From: the human T2T-CHM13v2.0 reference genome, Homo sapiens
Length of the DNA: 64,000 bases
Direction of reading: 5' to 3'
NCBI GenBank assembly: GCA_009914755.4
Contig: CP086569.2
Coordinates: 5,696,001 to 5,760,000, forward strand
Numbering within the stretch: position 1 is the first letter of the stretch; every line of letters begins with the position of its first letter. Below the pieces are notes generated by a model that was not told where the DNA came from, made no database searches, and saw nothing but the letters and a program-made list of their open reading frames with translations. Positions 1 through 15,290 of the stretch are shown one piece after another. Both the position numbers and the translations under genes were made by a program.

Positions 1-860
<860 letters not shown>

Positions 861-869
861 TGTCTAATA

Positions 870-2355
<1,486 letters not shown>

Positions 2356-4015
2356 TCACAAAACACAGAATATACATTTTTCTCACCACCACATGGCACA
2401 TACTCTAAAATTAACCAAACATTCTGACATGGAACAATCCTCAGAAAATGCAAAAGAACCAAAGTCACACCAACCACTCTCTCAAACCATGGTGTAATCA
2501 AATTGGCAATTAACATTAAGAAAATAGCTCAAAACTGTACAATTACATGGAAATTACGCAAACTGCTCCTGAATGACTTTTGGATAATTAATGAAATTAA
2601 GACAGAAATCAAGAAGTTATTTGAAGCTAATGAGAACAAGGTATAGATAACAGATTCTCTGGGACACTGCTATGGCAGTTTTAAGGGGGAAATTTATAGC
2701 ACTGAGCGCCCACATCAAAATTTAAAAAAATATATCAAATTAACCACCTAACATCCCAACTAAAAGAAGTAGAGAAGCAAGAGCAAACTAACCCCAAATC
2801 TAACAGAAGACAAGCAATAACCAAAATTAGAGCTCAACTGGAGGAGACTGAGACACAAAATACATTCAAAGATCAACAAATCCAGGATTTGGCTTTTTGA
2901 AAAAATTAATAAGATAGATAGACTGCTAGCTCTACTGAGAAAGGAGAAGAGAGAGAGGATCCCAATAAACACAATTAGAAATGACAAAGGGAATATTACC
3001 ACTGACCTCACAGAGACACACATAAATATCAGAAACTGCTATGAACACCTCTATTCACACAAAGTAGAAAATCTAGAAGAAATGGATATATTCCTTGAAA
3101 TATACATCCTTCCAAGACTGAACCAGAAAGAAATTGATTCTCTGAACAGACCAAGAAGAAGCTCTAAAATTGAATCAGTAATAAATAGCCTACCAACCAA
3201 AAAAAAAAAAAAAAAAGCCCAGGACCAGATAGATTCACAGCTGAATTCTACCAGACATAGAAAGAAAAGCTAGTATTATTCCTACTGAAACTATTCCAAA
3301 AAAACTGAGAAGGAGAGACTCCTCTCCAATTTCTTCTACGAGGCCAGCATCATCCTGATACCAAAATCTGGCAGAAACACAACAACAAAAGAAAAATTCA
3401 GGCCAATATCCTTGATGAACATTGACATGAAAATCTTTAACAAAATACTAGCAAAGGGAATTCAGCAGCAAATTAAAAAGCTAATCCACCATAATCAAGT
3501 AGGCTTTATCCTTGGAATGCAAGGCTCATTCAATATACACAAATCAGTAAATGTGACTCATCACATAAACAGAACTGAAGACAAAGACCACATGTTCAGG
3601 CCAGCCATGGTGGTTCATGCCTGTAATCTGTAATCCCAGTACTTTGGGAGGCCAAGGTGGGCATATAGCTTGAGCTCAGGAATTAGAGACCACCCTGCGC
3701 AACATGACAAATCTCTGTCTCTGCAAAAAATGCAAAAATTAGCTGGGTGTGGTGGTGTGAGCCTGTCATCCCAGCTACTCCAGAGGCTGAGGTGGGAGGA
3801 TCACTTGAGCCCAGGAGGTTGAGGCTACAGTGATCTGAGACTGTGCCATAGCACTCCGGCCTGGGTGACAGAGTAAGACCCTGTCTCGAAAAAGCCCACC
3901 AAAACCCATAAAACAAAATGCACAAAACTTAAAATAAGAGCAACAAAAAGATCATCTCAGTAGATGCAGAAAAAGCTTTCGGTAAAATTTAACATCCCTT
4001 CATGTTAAAAAGGGA
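2356..4015 (+). mobile_element. LINE-1 fragment (older subfamily), ORF2 end of EN domain to early RT, interrupted by an Alu
   Basis: Plus-frame remnants [70 protein letters not shown] and ISVDAEKAFGKI. More diverged from the L1PA consensus than feature 870-2145. Confidence 0.8.
3599..3950 (+). mobile_element. Alu SINE (AluJ/S-like) nested inside the L1 fragment, with A-rich tail
   Basis: ggccagccatggtggttcatgcctgtaatc...agctgggtgtggtggtgtgagcctgtcatcccagctactc...gcactccggcctgggtgacagagtaagaccctgtctcgaaaaa. L1 ORF2 resumes at 3951 (atcatctcagtagatgcagaaaaagc). Confidence 0.85.
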
Positions 4016-7000
4016 ACCAAGTATTCTAACTCATTCTAGTGATCTTCCCAGCTGACTCAGCATTATGTTTAAATATTTTGTAGTATTTTATCTTCTGGGA
4101 ATCCAGGGACATTTCAAACACTCAGCTGATGTGCAATTTCAATGTTAACCTTGAGGACTAAAAAATGGGATAAGAAAGCAAATTGATTCAATCAAAAGAG
4201 GTTATTTTTGTGCAGGAAAATGGTTAACAGAGAGAGGTCATTGCTGCTATGGATTTGACTTTGGTTGTCTTCACTTTGATCCATGTCTGTCTATATCAGC
4301 CCTCTCTGCAATTTATTTTCTATATAGGTAGATTATGTACTACCTTTTCTTGCCATTCCTGAAAAAAAATCCTATAGGAGTTGAAGAATATTTCCACTAG
4401 TGCTTTGGATTCTAATATCTCATGCCACTGGTTTCCACTAATCGTGATCCAGACCCAGTGCTACATTTCTCAAGTAATACAAGAGGGGTTCAGAGAACCC
4501 ATAGACTAGAAGAAAATGGCTACAAAGTGACATAAAGCTATGGTAACATTAAGGTTTGCCTATGGAGTTAATTCAGGAAAGATGAAATGAAGGTCAGTAT
4601 TCTTACACTTATCATAAAGAAATAAGCTAAACAGAATATTTTTAAAGCCACAAAACCTGGTGAAGGGCAAAGAATATTGGGCTTGACATACAATTATAAA
4701 TGATTCATTTTGACTTTTTATAGTTTAATCCTGTATAAAAGTTTATTTTAACAGATCAAACAGCCTATTTAAAATGTTGTCAATGTGTCAACATGAAAAT
4801 GTGTCTCTATTTCTTCTTCATCTATAAAATGGAAAAGACAGTACGAGACCTTTCTATCTTATCTTACAAGACTGTGAAGAGAAGTAATTAAGCAAACAAA
4901 ATATAAATATGCTGAGTTTTAATGCTTCAAATCAGCCGCACACTGCTATGTCGGTTAAAATGATTTTAAGAATGTGAGTTCAATGCATATATTTGTATAG
5001 GGAATATCTGAGTAATGACAATGGTAATCTCAGAGTCATTTGATTTTTGGTAATTTTAAAGTTTCTTACTTGTATTTCTATTTTTCTATAAAAAATAATT
5101 TTTTTCAAAAATAAAGGGGGTAATTAACGATTAAATTACTGCACTTGAGTTAATTTTTTATAAAAATGTTGATCATGTTTCTTATTTAAAATGATATTTG
5201 AAAATAGTTCACAAATTTAAAAATCATGAAAACATTGATTGTAACAGAATAATTATATAGCAGGTGATATATTTGGGAAAATATTTAGAATGATAACTTT
5301 ATTTAAATGAACTAATTTTATACATAACCAAAGGTCACACAAGAGTAACAAGATGTTACTGAACTTCATGCTAAGCCTAAATAGTTTACATAATTGGAAA
5401 ATAATTAAGTGTGATATACAGAGGCCATGAGGTATGATTTCATATATTATATTCAGCTCCTATATTGTAGGTCTTTGTTTACAACCATATTTATGTTTAC
5501 ATTTATGACTTTCACATTAAAATTGTATTTATAAATTTAAATACATTCTTCAGATAATAGGAATGTTTCACTCAATTTGAGTTTTAAACCCACCGCAAGC
5601 TTACTGAGAAGATCTTTACAGACCACTAGAATGTCACTATGGATCTTGATAAACAGATAACTGACAAGTTGCTAACTTTTTCTTCATTTTAGGCATGGCC
5701 TTTGCATAATGCAGGAGTAGCAACAGTAAATACAACTCAGTGAATATTGTATTTGTTTAGATTACTTAGCTAAATATATACACTTATATTTTTATTATGT
5801 ATATTATATATATTGTACATATATTTTCATAGTTTATGCCGAGATATATTTCCCTTTTCTCCTGGTTACTGGTGGCCTTAGATACACTAAGTAGAAGAAA
5901 GCTGATCAAACTCTATAGAACAAAATGAAGGTCTCCAGGGGTTTACTCAAGTAAAATCTAAATTAAGAATGATGCAGGGTATTGTACTACTTCTTTATAG
6001 ATACATGCAACCTAAAATAGTCATTTCAAAACTCATGACTTAGGTGGTAATTTTGATTTCATTGATGGTATATTAGATTCAGCAAGTTATGTGTCTAATT
6101 TAGAGGGTTAGATTTTTGGTTCAAGAGGTGAAGTATCAGATTTATGCAGGAGACTTAATTCAGCAGATGATATACCTTACTCAGTGCATGATGAATCTGA
6201 TATAGAAGGTGATATATTTAATTCAATAGCTAATATATCAGAATCAAATGTGATTCATTTTTTCCAGTGAGTAATTAATATTACTCATAACTGATTTATC
6301 TATTTTAGCATGAAGTGTGTTCTGTAAGTTATTTATTTAGGTATACAAGATATAAATTATATTACTAATATAGATTTTCATTGCAAAGTAGTTCAGAAAT
6401 TCCTGATTACCACCTTCTTGTTACTCCATTTCATACATTTTTAAATGATGTTTTCAGAGACTACCTACTTCAGAAGAATCAGAAATGCTTATTAAACTTG
6501 TAGCTTCTTTAAATCCACCACAGACCTAATAAGGAACAGGGCTAACTGAATATTTAACAAGGGCCCATGGTAATTTTTTTTTCTTCTTACCCTCTCCCTT
6601 CCATTTTAAAGATTCATGGTAATTTTTATGCACAGTGGAATTGTATGCTTTATGAAATTTGAAAACTCTGACATGTTAGAAATAGGATGCATCAAATACA
6701 GAAAAATATGATGTTCTTCTGAACACAAAAAGCAAATTTATGATACATCTTAAACTTGATGTTTCCTTTGTTGTAATTATCACAACACTTCATCTTTTGT
6801 AAATATTGCCTCTAATACAAGATGTAAAAATTGATTAGTGTCTGCCCTTAAGTAATAAAGTAAACTTGTCACCTCTCCCTGTGGCCTGAACAAAATATTG
6901 GATATACTCACAGTTTGACAAGCAAAGCTTGCATTTCAGAGCATAGAAGAAAATAGTCACTTTTTTTAACATGGATAGTTGTGGTTTCAGACAACCCTAT

Positions 7001-7299
7001 GTGTACATTTATGGTAATCATGAGTGTTCTTCACTATTTCATACTTTTTTACTTCCAGGGTTGTGTTAGAAATACATTTTCTCAAATATTTTTAAGTTAT
7101 GTAGAGCCATGTGACTTGGCTTGGGCAATGAACTATGAGCAGAACTGATGTATATCAGTGATAGGTAGAAGCTTTAACAGCCAGTATGTGTATGTTTCCC
7201 ATCCTTTCCCCTTCCTAATGAAGGTATTTATTTGGATTATTTTGTCTCTTTGAACACTGTATAATGTATATGTGTGGGAGGTAGATCATTTTTCTTTAT

Positions 7300-7890
7300 A
7301 TTCCATAGGTCTTCAGATAAGGAGGAGTCATATCTGGATCTGATATCGGGAATCCTGTGCCTGACTCAGAGATCTTGGATTTTGAGCTCCACACAGTCAC
7401 CAGATGAGATTTCTGTGTTGCTCTCCCTGGGCAAGAAGTGATAATATTCTGTGTGAATAAAGGGAGTGAACTGAATTTTCTGTGACCAAAAGGGCAGACT
7501 GTGGTAGTCATTATTGTTATTCACCATTTACCTTTGGCTCTCCTCATTAGGTTCAGTCACACAATGAGATTGTACTTCCCCAACCCCGCAAAGTTCATCA
7601 TGGCCACTAGACTGGCTGTAACCAATGAAATGTGAGGAGACATGCTGCATTTTATCTCTTAGTGAAATCTTTGGGAGGTAGTGTGTTTTTCCATGTTCTC
7701 TTTACCTTCATCTCAATTGCTTGCAGCATCCTGAATGGTAGCTCCTCTTTTAAGCCTTGGTCTCAGGGTAGACAAAATGTAACACAGCTCCTAGCCAACC
7801 TGTGAAACACATGTACTATGAGGAAGAAATAAACCTTTATTGCTTTAAGTAAATGAGGTCTTAAGATTGCTTGGTATTGGAACAAAAATC
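7300..7890 (+). mobile_element. Possible ERVL-MaLR LTR (MST/MLT1-like), diverged
   Basis: Resembles the MaLR LTR 3' half: ccccgcaaagttcatcatggcc, ccatgttctctttaccttcatctcaattgcttgcagc, aaataaacctttattgctttaagtaaatgaggtc. No LTR termini recognised. Confidence 0.35.
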
Positions 7891-9399
7891 AGTCATTCCT
7901 GATCAGCACACAGCATAAAAAAAAATCTTCTAAAAATGTTGCATAATGGTTTAATGTTTTGCTACAGATATATTTATACATAGCCCACTTTTGATCAGTT
8001 GAGTGACCTCATGATAAATATATTTGGGCATTTAATTCAATTTCTCTCTATACTGCCCATTTATTAGGTATATCACTTATTAGCATTTTCATGAAAGTTG
8101 GGAAGAAGAAATGGTGTTTGAATTAGTTACTTTCTCTATATGTTGGCAGCTTCTCTAAAATGTCTTCAGGGAAAGATTTTAAATTTTGGCTGTAGTAAAA
8201 ATATAAAAGGTCTAGAAATTTCTATTACCCATGCTATTTCTTAGAAAAACAGAAGTTTACAATTAGGTTTTTTTGTGTTCTTATTAGGGAGATGTTGCTA
8301 GCCCTGGGACTGTAGTCGTATCTCCACTTTATTTACTATTATAACCTAATGAGATGTTAGCATCGTTATAAATTATTCTTTATAGTTAATTGTATGAGAT
8401 TATATTAATTTCCATCAGCTACTGTTCCACTTAATAGAGGATATGCAGCTACGGGTAGCAAAAGTTACCTAAATAAAGGGCCAGGAAAGTATAGCCATAG
8501 GATAAATCTGGCCTTCTACTTATTTTTCTGCAGTGTTCAATCTAAGAATGATTGTTAAATCTTTAAGTGGTTGAAGAAAAAGCTCTTAAAGAATTTTTTG
8601 ACACATTAAAATTAGATGAAATTCAAATTTTATGTCAATAAATTAATTTTATTAGAACATATCCATGCCCATTCATTTATATATTGTATCTGGTTACTTT
8701 CACACTACAATGACAGAGATGAATAATAGTTTGCAACACAGACAGGGTGGTCTATAAAACTTAAAACAGTTACTATCATCCCCTTTACAGAAAATGTTTG
8801 CCAACTCCTGCTCTAAATGATGAATGTTTTCACTGTTCGTAATCAAATAAACTGAATATTTTGTGATGACATTTTATTTTTAAAGCTAGAAATTGATTGC
8901 TGATACCTGTTTTTTGTAATAATTGGGATTTAAAATTAATCTCGTATCACCATTTAATTTTGATTCCTTAAATATAACAAACAATCAGCAACAGTGGATT
9001 TTAGAGGAATCATAATAAAATTGTCTTTGATATTACTGTATTTCCAGCACAATGTTTTAATATTAAGAAGGAAATCCTCAGAGAGCCTAGAAGTCTTTAA
9101 TTTTGCTTGTGCAAATATTTGAAATTTATGTTTTCTTTTGCCTATTTTGAAATTATAATTGAATTAAATTATCTTGTACAACTCAATGTGAATATATTGC
9201 AATAATAGCATTTTTATTTTTTTAAAAGATTGAACATATTGTGTAAGGCCTTGATTTGCCTACATGCAAGAAAAAAAGTTAGTAGTAATATATTTGAAGT
9301 TAAGAACAGCAAAAATAGATAATTCTAATGCTAAATAGCCTCTATTCTGTTTGAAAATTGGTTTAAATTTCTTACTTGAAAAGTATGTGGAAAAAGCAA

Positions 9400-10187
9400 A
9401 TGATTTAATTATTGTATATGGCATAAGACAAGGGTTCACTTTTATCTTTTTGCATGTGGATATCAAGATTTTCCAACAGCATTTATTGAAGAAAATTTCC
9501 CTTCCTCACGTGTATCCTTGACACCTTTGTGAAAGATTAGTTAAACATGCCTTTTTGGATTTAATTCTGGGCTCTCTATTCTGTTCCATTGGTCTATGTG
9601 TCTGTGTTTATACCTGTACCATACTCCTTGATTACTTTGTAATATAGTTTGAAAAAATGAAGTGTGATGCCTCCATCTGTGTTTTTCCTTCTCGAATTTG
9701 CTTTGGCTATTCAGGTTCTGTTGTGGTTCCATACAAGATTTAAAATTGTTTTTCTACTTCTGCAAAAAATAGACATTGAACTTTTGATAAGGATTGTATT
9801 GAATCTGTAGATCACTTTAAGTAGTATAGACTTTTCAACAATATTAATTCTTCTAATTCATGAATGCAGACTATCTTTCCATTTATTCATGCCTTCTTCC
9901 ATTTCTTTTATCAATGCTTTATAGTTTTCAATGTACAGATCTTTCACCTCTTTAGCGATGCTGTTATAAATGGGATTTTTTTTTGGTTTTTAATTTCAGA
10001 CAGTTTCTTTTTAGTGTATAGACACATAACAAATATTTGTGTGTTAGTTTTGTATTTTTCACCTTTACTGAATTCACTTATTAATTCTGACAGTTCTGTG
10101 GTGGAGTATGTAGGGTTTTTTATATAGAACATCATTCATCTGCAAACAGAAGTTAATTACTTATTTTCCCAATTGGGTGATTTTTTT
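9400..10187 (-). mobile_element. LINE-1 inverted 5' segment (ORF2, roughly residues 600-810) of a candidate twin-primed insertion
   Basis: Minus-strand ORFs 9541-9732 ([17 protein letters not shown]) and 9944-10135 (YIKNPTYSTTELSELISEFSKGEKYKTNTQIFV...IPFITASLKR). Left end corresponds to [14 protein letters not shown]. Confidence 0.75.
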
Positions 10188-11512
10188 ACACCATATACAA
10201 AATTTAACTAGAAATTGATTAAAGGCTTAAATGTAATGTCAGTAACTGTAAAACTCCTAGAAGAAAGCATAGAGAAAAAGTTCCTTGACATTTTTCTCAG
10301 CAATGGATTTCTTTAAAATGACACCAGAAGCACAGGAAGCAAAAGCAAAAATAAGCAAGTAGTCCTACAATAAACTAAAAAGCTTCTACACAGCAAAGGA
10401 AACAGTCAGCAAAATGAAAAGGAAACCTACAGAATGAGAGAAAACTTTTGCAAATCGTATATCTGATAAGCATTTAATATCCAAAGTACATAAATAACTC
10501 AAGTAACTCAATAGCAAAAAAAACAAAAAAATCAAATAACCTTATTGAGAAGACATACAAATGACAACAGGTAAATGAAAATGTGTCCACTATCACTAAT
10601 TATCAGGGAAATTCAAATAAAAACCACAGAGATATCACAACATTCCTGTTAGAATGACTATTATCAAAAAGACAAGAGATGATGTGTTGATGAGGGTGTG
10701 AAAAAAGGGAACACTTGTACACTGTAGGTGGGAATGTAAATTAGTACAGTCATTGAAAACAGTGTGGAAGTTTCTCAAAAATGAGAAATAAAGCTACCAT
10801 TCTATACAGCAATCCCACTTATTGGTATGTACCCAAAGGAAATGCATTCATTGCGGCACTATTTGCAATAACGAAGATACAGAAACAACCTGTTTCCATC
10901 AACAAATAAATGAATAAATAAATCAGGGTATATATATGTGTGTGTGTGTGTATATATATATATAAAATATATATACACATATGTATATGTGTATATATGT
11001 AATATATACATATGTATATGTGTATATGTAATATATACATATATGTATATGTGTGTATATATTACATATGTGTATGTGTATATATGTTACATATGTGTAT
11101 ATATGTATATAAATGTCTGTATATATATATACAAACATATTTACATGTATATATACACACAATAAAATAATATTCAGTGATAAAATAAAGGAAATCCTGC
11201 CATTTGCAGCAACATGGATAGAACTAGGGGTGATTCTATTAAGTGGAAGTGAAATAAGCCAAGCACAGAAAGCAAATATTTCATGTTATCACTCATGTGG
11301 GATCTAAAAACCTGTATCTCATGAAGATAAAGTAGATTGGTGGTTACTAGAGGTTGGAAGGGAAAAGGTGAGGGATGAATGAAGGGAAACAGAAGAACAT
11401 AAATGTATTTATCACCACTGAACTTTACACTTAAAATTGGTAAACATTGCAAATTATCTGTATATATATGTACCTCAACAAACAATAAATTTTAAAAAAT
11501 TATAAAAGGAAA
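10188..11512 (+). mobile_element. LINE-1 direct 3' segment: ORF2 C-terminus, 3'UTR and A-rich end, with an internal microsatellite
   Basis: Starts at TPYTKFN.KLIKGLNV, the same ORF2 position as the left end of the inverted segment. Continues through EMQIKTTEISQHSC..IIKKTRDD and 3'UTR motifs (ggtggttactagaggttggaagggaaaag...aaattttaaaaaattataaaa). Confidence 0.8.
10928..11160. repeat. Complex (TA)n/(TG)n/(TATG)n microsatellite, about 230 bp
   Basis: Direct reading: gtatatatatgtgtgtgtgtgtgtatatatatatataaaatatatatacacatatgtatatgtg... The track ORFs 10819-11165 are artefacts of this repeat. Confidence 0.95.
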
Positions 11513-12290
11513 TGCAAATCAAAACCACAGTATCACCTCACACATACTATTATATCCATTATCCATTATCCATTATCAAAAAGACAAGAGATACATGTTG
11601 GTAAGGGTGTAGAGGAAGATAACCCTTGTATACTGTTGGTGGGAATGTAAATTGATACAATCATGGAAAACAGTATGGATATTTCTCAAAAAATTAGAAA
11701 TAGAACTACCATATAATATAGCAATTTCACTTCTGGGTATATACCCAAAGGAAAACCAGTCAGTATCTCAAAGAGATTTCTGCACCCTCATGTTCATTGC
11801 AGAATTGTTTGCAACAGCCAACATGTGGAAACAGCCTAAGTATCCACCGCCTAATGAATCAATGGAGAAATCACGGTACATATACATAATGGAATATTAT
11901 TCAACCATGGAAACGAAGGAAATCCTGCCATTTGCAAAAACATGGATGAACCTTGAAGACATTATTCTAAGTGAAATTAACCAGACACAGAAAGGCAAAT
12001 ACTATATCATCTCATTTAAATGTGGAATCTAAAAAAATATAACTTACAGAAGCAGAAAGAATGGTGAATGCCAGGGCCTGGAGATTAAGGGGAAATGGTG
12101 AGATGTTGGTCCAAGGGTACAGACTTTCGGTTATAAGATGAACAAGTTCTGAGGGTCTAAGGTACAGCATGATAGATGTGTTAATTAATTTGAGTGTGGT
12201 AATCATACAAAGCATTTGTATCAAATTATCATGTTGCTTACCTTGAACAAATACAATCTTTATTCATCCATTAAATATTTAAAATAAAAA
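11513..12290 (+). mobile_element. LINE-1 3'-end fragment (ORF2 C-terminus and 3'UTR), abutting the A-rich end of the preceding L1
   Basis: ORF 11652-12032 reads [30 protein letters not shown]...IMEYYSTMETKEILPFAKTWMNLEDIILSEINQTQKGKY, followed by a 3'UTR (ccagggcctggagattaaggggaaatggtgag) and A-rich end near 12285. Confidence 0.8.
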
Positions 12291-12689
12291 GGCAAGGAAC
12301 CACTAAACAAGAAAGTAATCACTAAAAACAGTGAAATATTTGCTAGGGTAAAATTATTTTTCAGTTACTTTTCCTCTAGATCATCCATTTAAATGATAGA
12401 TTCAAGGAGAAATAAGTAAGCATTTACAACAAACAATATTCCAAGTTTTATGCTTCTAAACATGAAATTAAACTTTATACTAGTGTCTCTGTTCTTAATT
12501 AAGAGGCTAAACATTTTATTAATCAAAAGCAGCATGCTTCATTAGGAGAAACATTCAGTTCAACTTAAACAAGTGTTTGAGCCTTATGTTACTTTAGGGA
12601 GACATATCTTTCAGTTAGTTTACTTGTATAAGGAGAATATCCATACCTGTTTTACCCATCTCAAAGGTGAGAAGAGAAATAACATTTAT

Positions 12690-12990
12690 TAAGCAGCTAC
12701 TAAATGCCAGGCATTTTTCTATGGATTTTATAAACATTATGTCATCTAATCTTCAAAAGAGACATGCAAAATAGAAAGTATTCTTATTTTGCTTATAGCA
12801 AAATACAGTACAGAAAAGGCAGATAACAGTACAATTGAGTTAGAAGAAAAAAGTCTTGGTGCCAGGCAAATCTTACTCTGAGTCATATCTATGCCATATG
12901 CTTGCTTTGTGACTTAGAGAAATTTGACTTAAATTTTGTTATCCTCTTTCTTTATCTATAAAAACAAGGTAAACCTACCTATAATAGAGC
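12690..12990. mobile_element. Possible MIR (ancient tRNA-derived SINE) fragments
   Basis: Weak matches to the MIR core and 3' region (ttattaagcagctactaaatgccaggca; cttgctttgtgacttagagaaatttgacttaaattttgttatcctctttctttatctataaaaacaaggtaaacctacct resembles the MIR reverse complement). Confidence 0.3.
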
Positions 12991-13579
12991 ATGTTTGGTT
13001 ACAGGTACCAAACTAGTTTAAATTGAAAAGACATTATCATAGGAATCTATAAGGAATTTTCACAACCCAATTTCTTTGAATACCTCTCCCAGCTCCCCTC
13101 ACCACTACTCTGCCTTCCAACTGCCACATATTGTGTTTTTACTGATTCCCTCTCTGCAGCTATTGCTTTTCCTGCTACTCTATACTGAATTGACTTCTGT
13201 GGATGCATATAGCTAAAATAACTGACAGTTCAGCCTTCATAAGCTTGCACCTCCAGTATTTACCAAAATTTTTAAAAATTTTGACTTTTATTTCAATTAA
13301 TGACAGAGATAATCTGATTGGCTTATTTTGAGTTAAGAATCCGTTACTTGTTCAATCAGTGGTAACTAGGGACCAGGGTCACCTCATACAAAGGACCCTA
13401 CGTAAATCTGTCCCTTTATTGGAAGTTGTGGGAAACCATTTCCAGATAATAAAGATAAATGCTTGATTAGCACATCAAATATATCTGTTAACCATATCCT
13501 TTGGCCCACTGTAAGTATTCAAAGTAATATAACATGTCTCACATAGAAAATGTTTAATAGATTTTAACTATTGTTGTTA

Positions 13580-13735
13580 CTTTAGTATCAATACAGGAGG
13601 CCCATTTAAATAGCTTATATTGAGGACCTGCCATGTATCAAATGCATTATTGACATTGTCTTATTTAATCCAGTACCTTCCACATTGCCTGGCAGATTAA
13701 AAATTTAATAAATAGTTGTTGGATTATGCAAGTTA
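13580..13735 (+). mobile_element. Possible MIR 3' region
   Basis: tattgaggacctgccatgtatcaaatgc ... ccttccacattgcctggcagattaaaaatttaataaatagttgttgg resembles the MIR 3' end (cagtgcctggcacatagtaagcgctcaataaatgttgg). Confidence 0.3.
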
Positions 13736-15290
13736 TCAAAACAAGTATTGAAGTGTAAACTTTATTACCCAAAAATTATAGAAGACATAATGAGAGCTTA
13801 TAATCAAATGATGTTGAATGTGTATTTTGCAGCTCTTGGATGAAATATTCTATAAATATCTATTAGATTCACTTGGTCTATAGTATGAATTAAGTCTGAT
13901 GTTTCTTGATTTTCTCTCTGGAAGATCTGTCAAATACTGAAAGTTGATTGTTGAAATCTCCATCTATTATTGTATCGAGGTCTGTCTTTCCCCTTAGCTC
14001 TAATAACATTTACTTTACATATCTGGGTGTTCCATGGTTGGGTGTATATAAACTTAAAATTTGTATATTCTCTTGCTGAATTTAGTCCCTTATTATCATA
14101 TAGTGACCATTTTTGTCCCTTCTTATAGTTTTTGTTTTGAAATCTATTTTGTCTGATATAAGTGCTATGAGTCCTGCTCGTTTCTGGTTTCCAATGGTAT
14201 AGAATAATTTTTCTATCCCTTTATTTTCAGTCTATGTGTCTTTATAGGTGAACTGTGTTTATTGTAGGCAACAGATAAATACTTCCTGATTTTCATCCAT
14301 TCAGCCAGCTGATGGCTTTTGATTGGAGAGTTGTACCCATTTACATTCAATGTTATTATTGACGAATGAGCACTTACTCTTGCCATTTTGTTATTTGTTT
14401 TCTGGTTCTTTTATGGTCTTCACTTTCTTCTTTCTTTCCTTTCTGTCTTCCTCTAGTGTAGGTAATTTTCTCTGGTAATTTGATTTAGTTTCTTGCTTTT
14501 TATTTTTTGTATCCATTTTTATTTTTTGCTTTGAGATTACCACGAGTGTTGCAAATGTTATTTTATAACTCCGGTATTTTAAACTGATAACAACTTAGCA
14601 CTATTTGCAAAAGCAAACAATTTAACAAGCAAAAGAAAAACTAATAATAACTCTATGCCTTAACTTCATCCCCCACCCCCCGCTTTTTAACGTTTTGTTG
14701 TTTCTATTTATATCCTATTGTACTATGTCTTGAAATATTTTTTAGTTATTATTTTTTTCATTGTTTACTCTTTCTGCTTAGGATAAGAGTAGTTTACATA
14801 CCACAGTTACAGTTTTATAACATTCTATGTTTTTTTGTGTACTTACTATGACCAGTAATTTTTTGTACCATCAGGTAATTATTTATTGCTCATTAATGTC
14901 CTTGTATTTCTGATTGAAATATTCTCTTTAGCATTTCTTGTAGAACAGGTGTGGTATTGATGAAATCCCTCAGCTTTTGTTTGTCTGGGAAATGCTTTAT
15001 TTCTCCTTCACGTTTGAAGAATAATTACACCAGATATACTACTCTAGAGTAAAAGTTTCTTTTTGTTTTTTTTTTCTTTAGTACTTTAAATATGTCATGC
15101 TACTGTCTTCTGGCCTGTAAGGTTTCCACTGAAATGTCTGCTGACAGTCATATTGGAGCTCCATTATATGGTACTTCTTTTTTTCTCCTGCTGCTTTTAG
15201 GATAATTTCTTTATCTTTGATGTTTGGGAGTTTGTTTATTTATTTTATGTATTTATTTTTATTTTACTTTAAGTTCTGGGAAACATCATC
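13735..15290 (-). mobile_element. Old LINE-1 (L1PB/L1MA-like) piece A: ORF2 endonuclease domain back through ORF1 C-terminal half
   Basis: Reverse-complement translation: LIDIYRIFHPRAAKYTF (ORF2 EN), SSIISLNVNGLNSPIKRHQLAEWMK (ORF2 N-terminus), GAPIxLSADISVETLQARR and EGEIKHFPDKQKLRDFINTTPVLQEMLK (ORF1 C-terminus). Diverged from young L1PA. Confidence 0.75.

Noticed and set aside
10928-11160. Regularly spaced short repeats checked as a possible CRISPR array (also 52095-52156 and 53166-53226)
   Set aside because: They are di- and tetranucleotide microsatellites with no repeat-spacer structure, in primate DNA.
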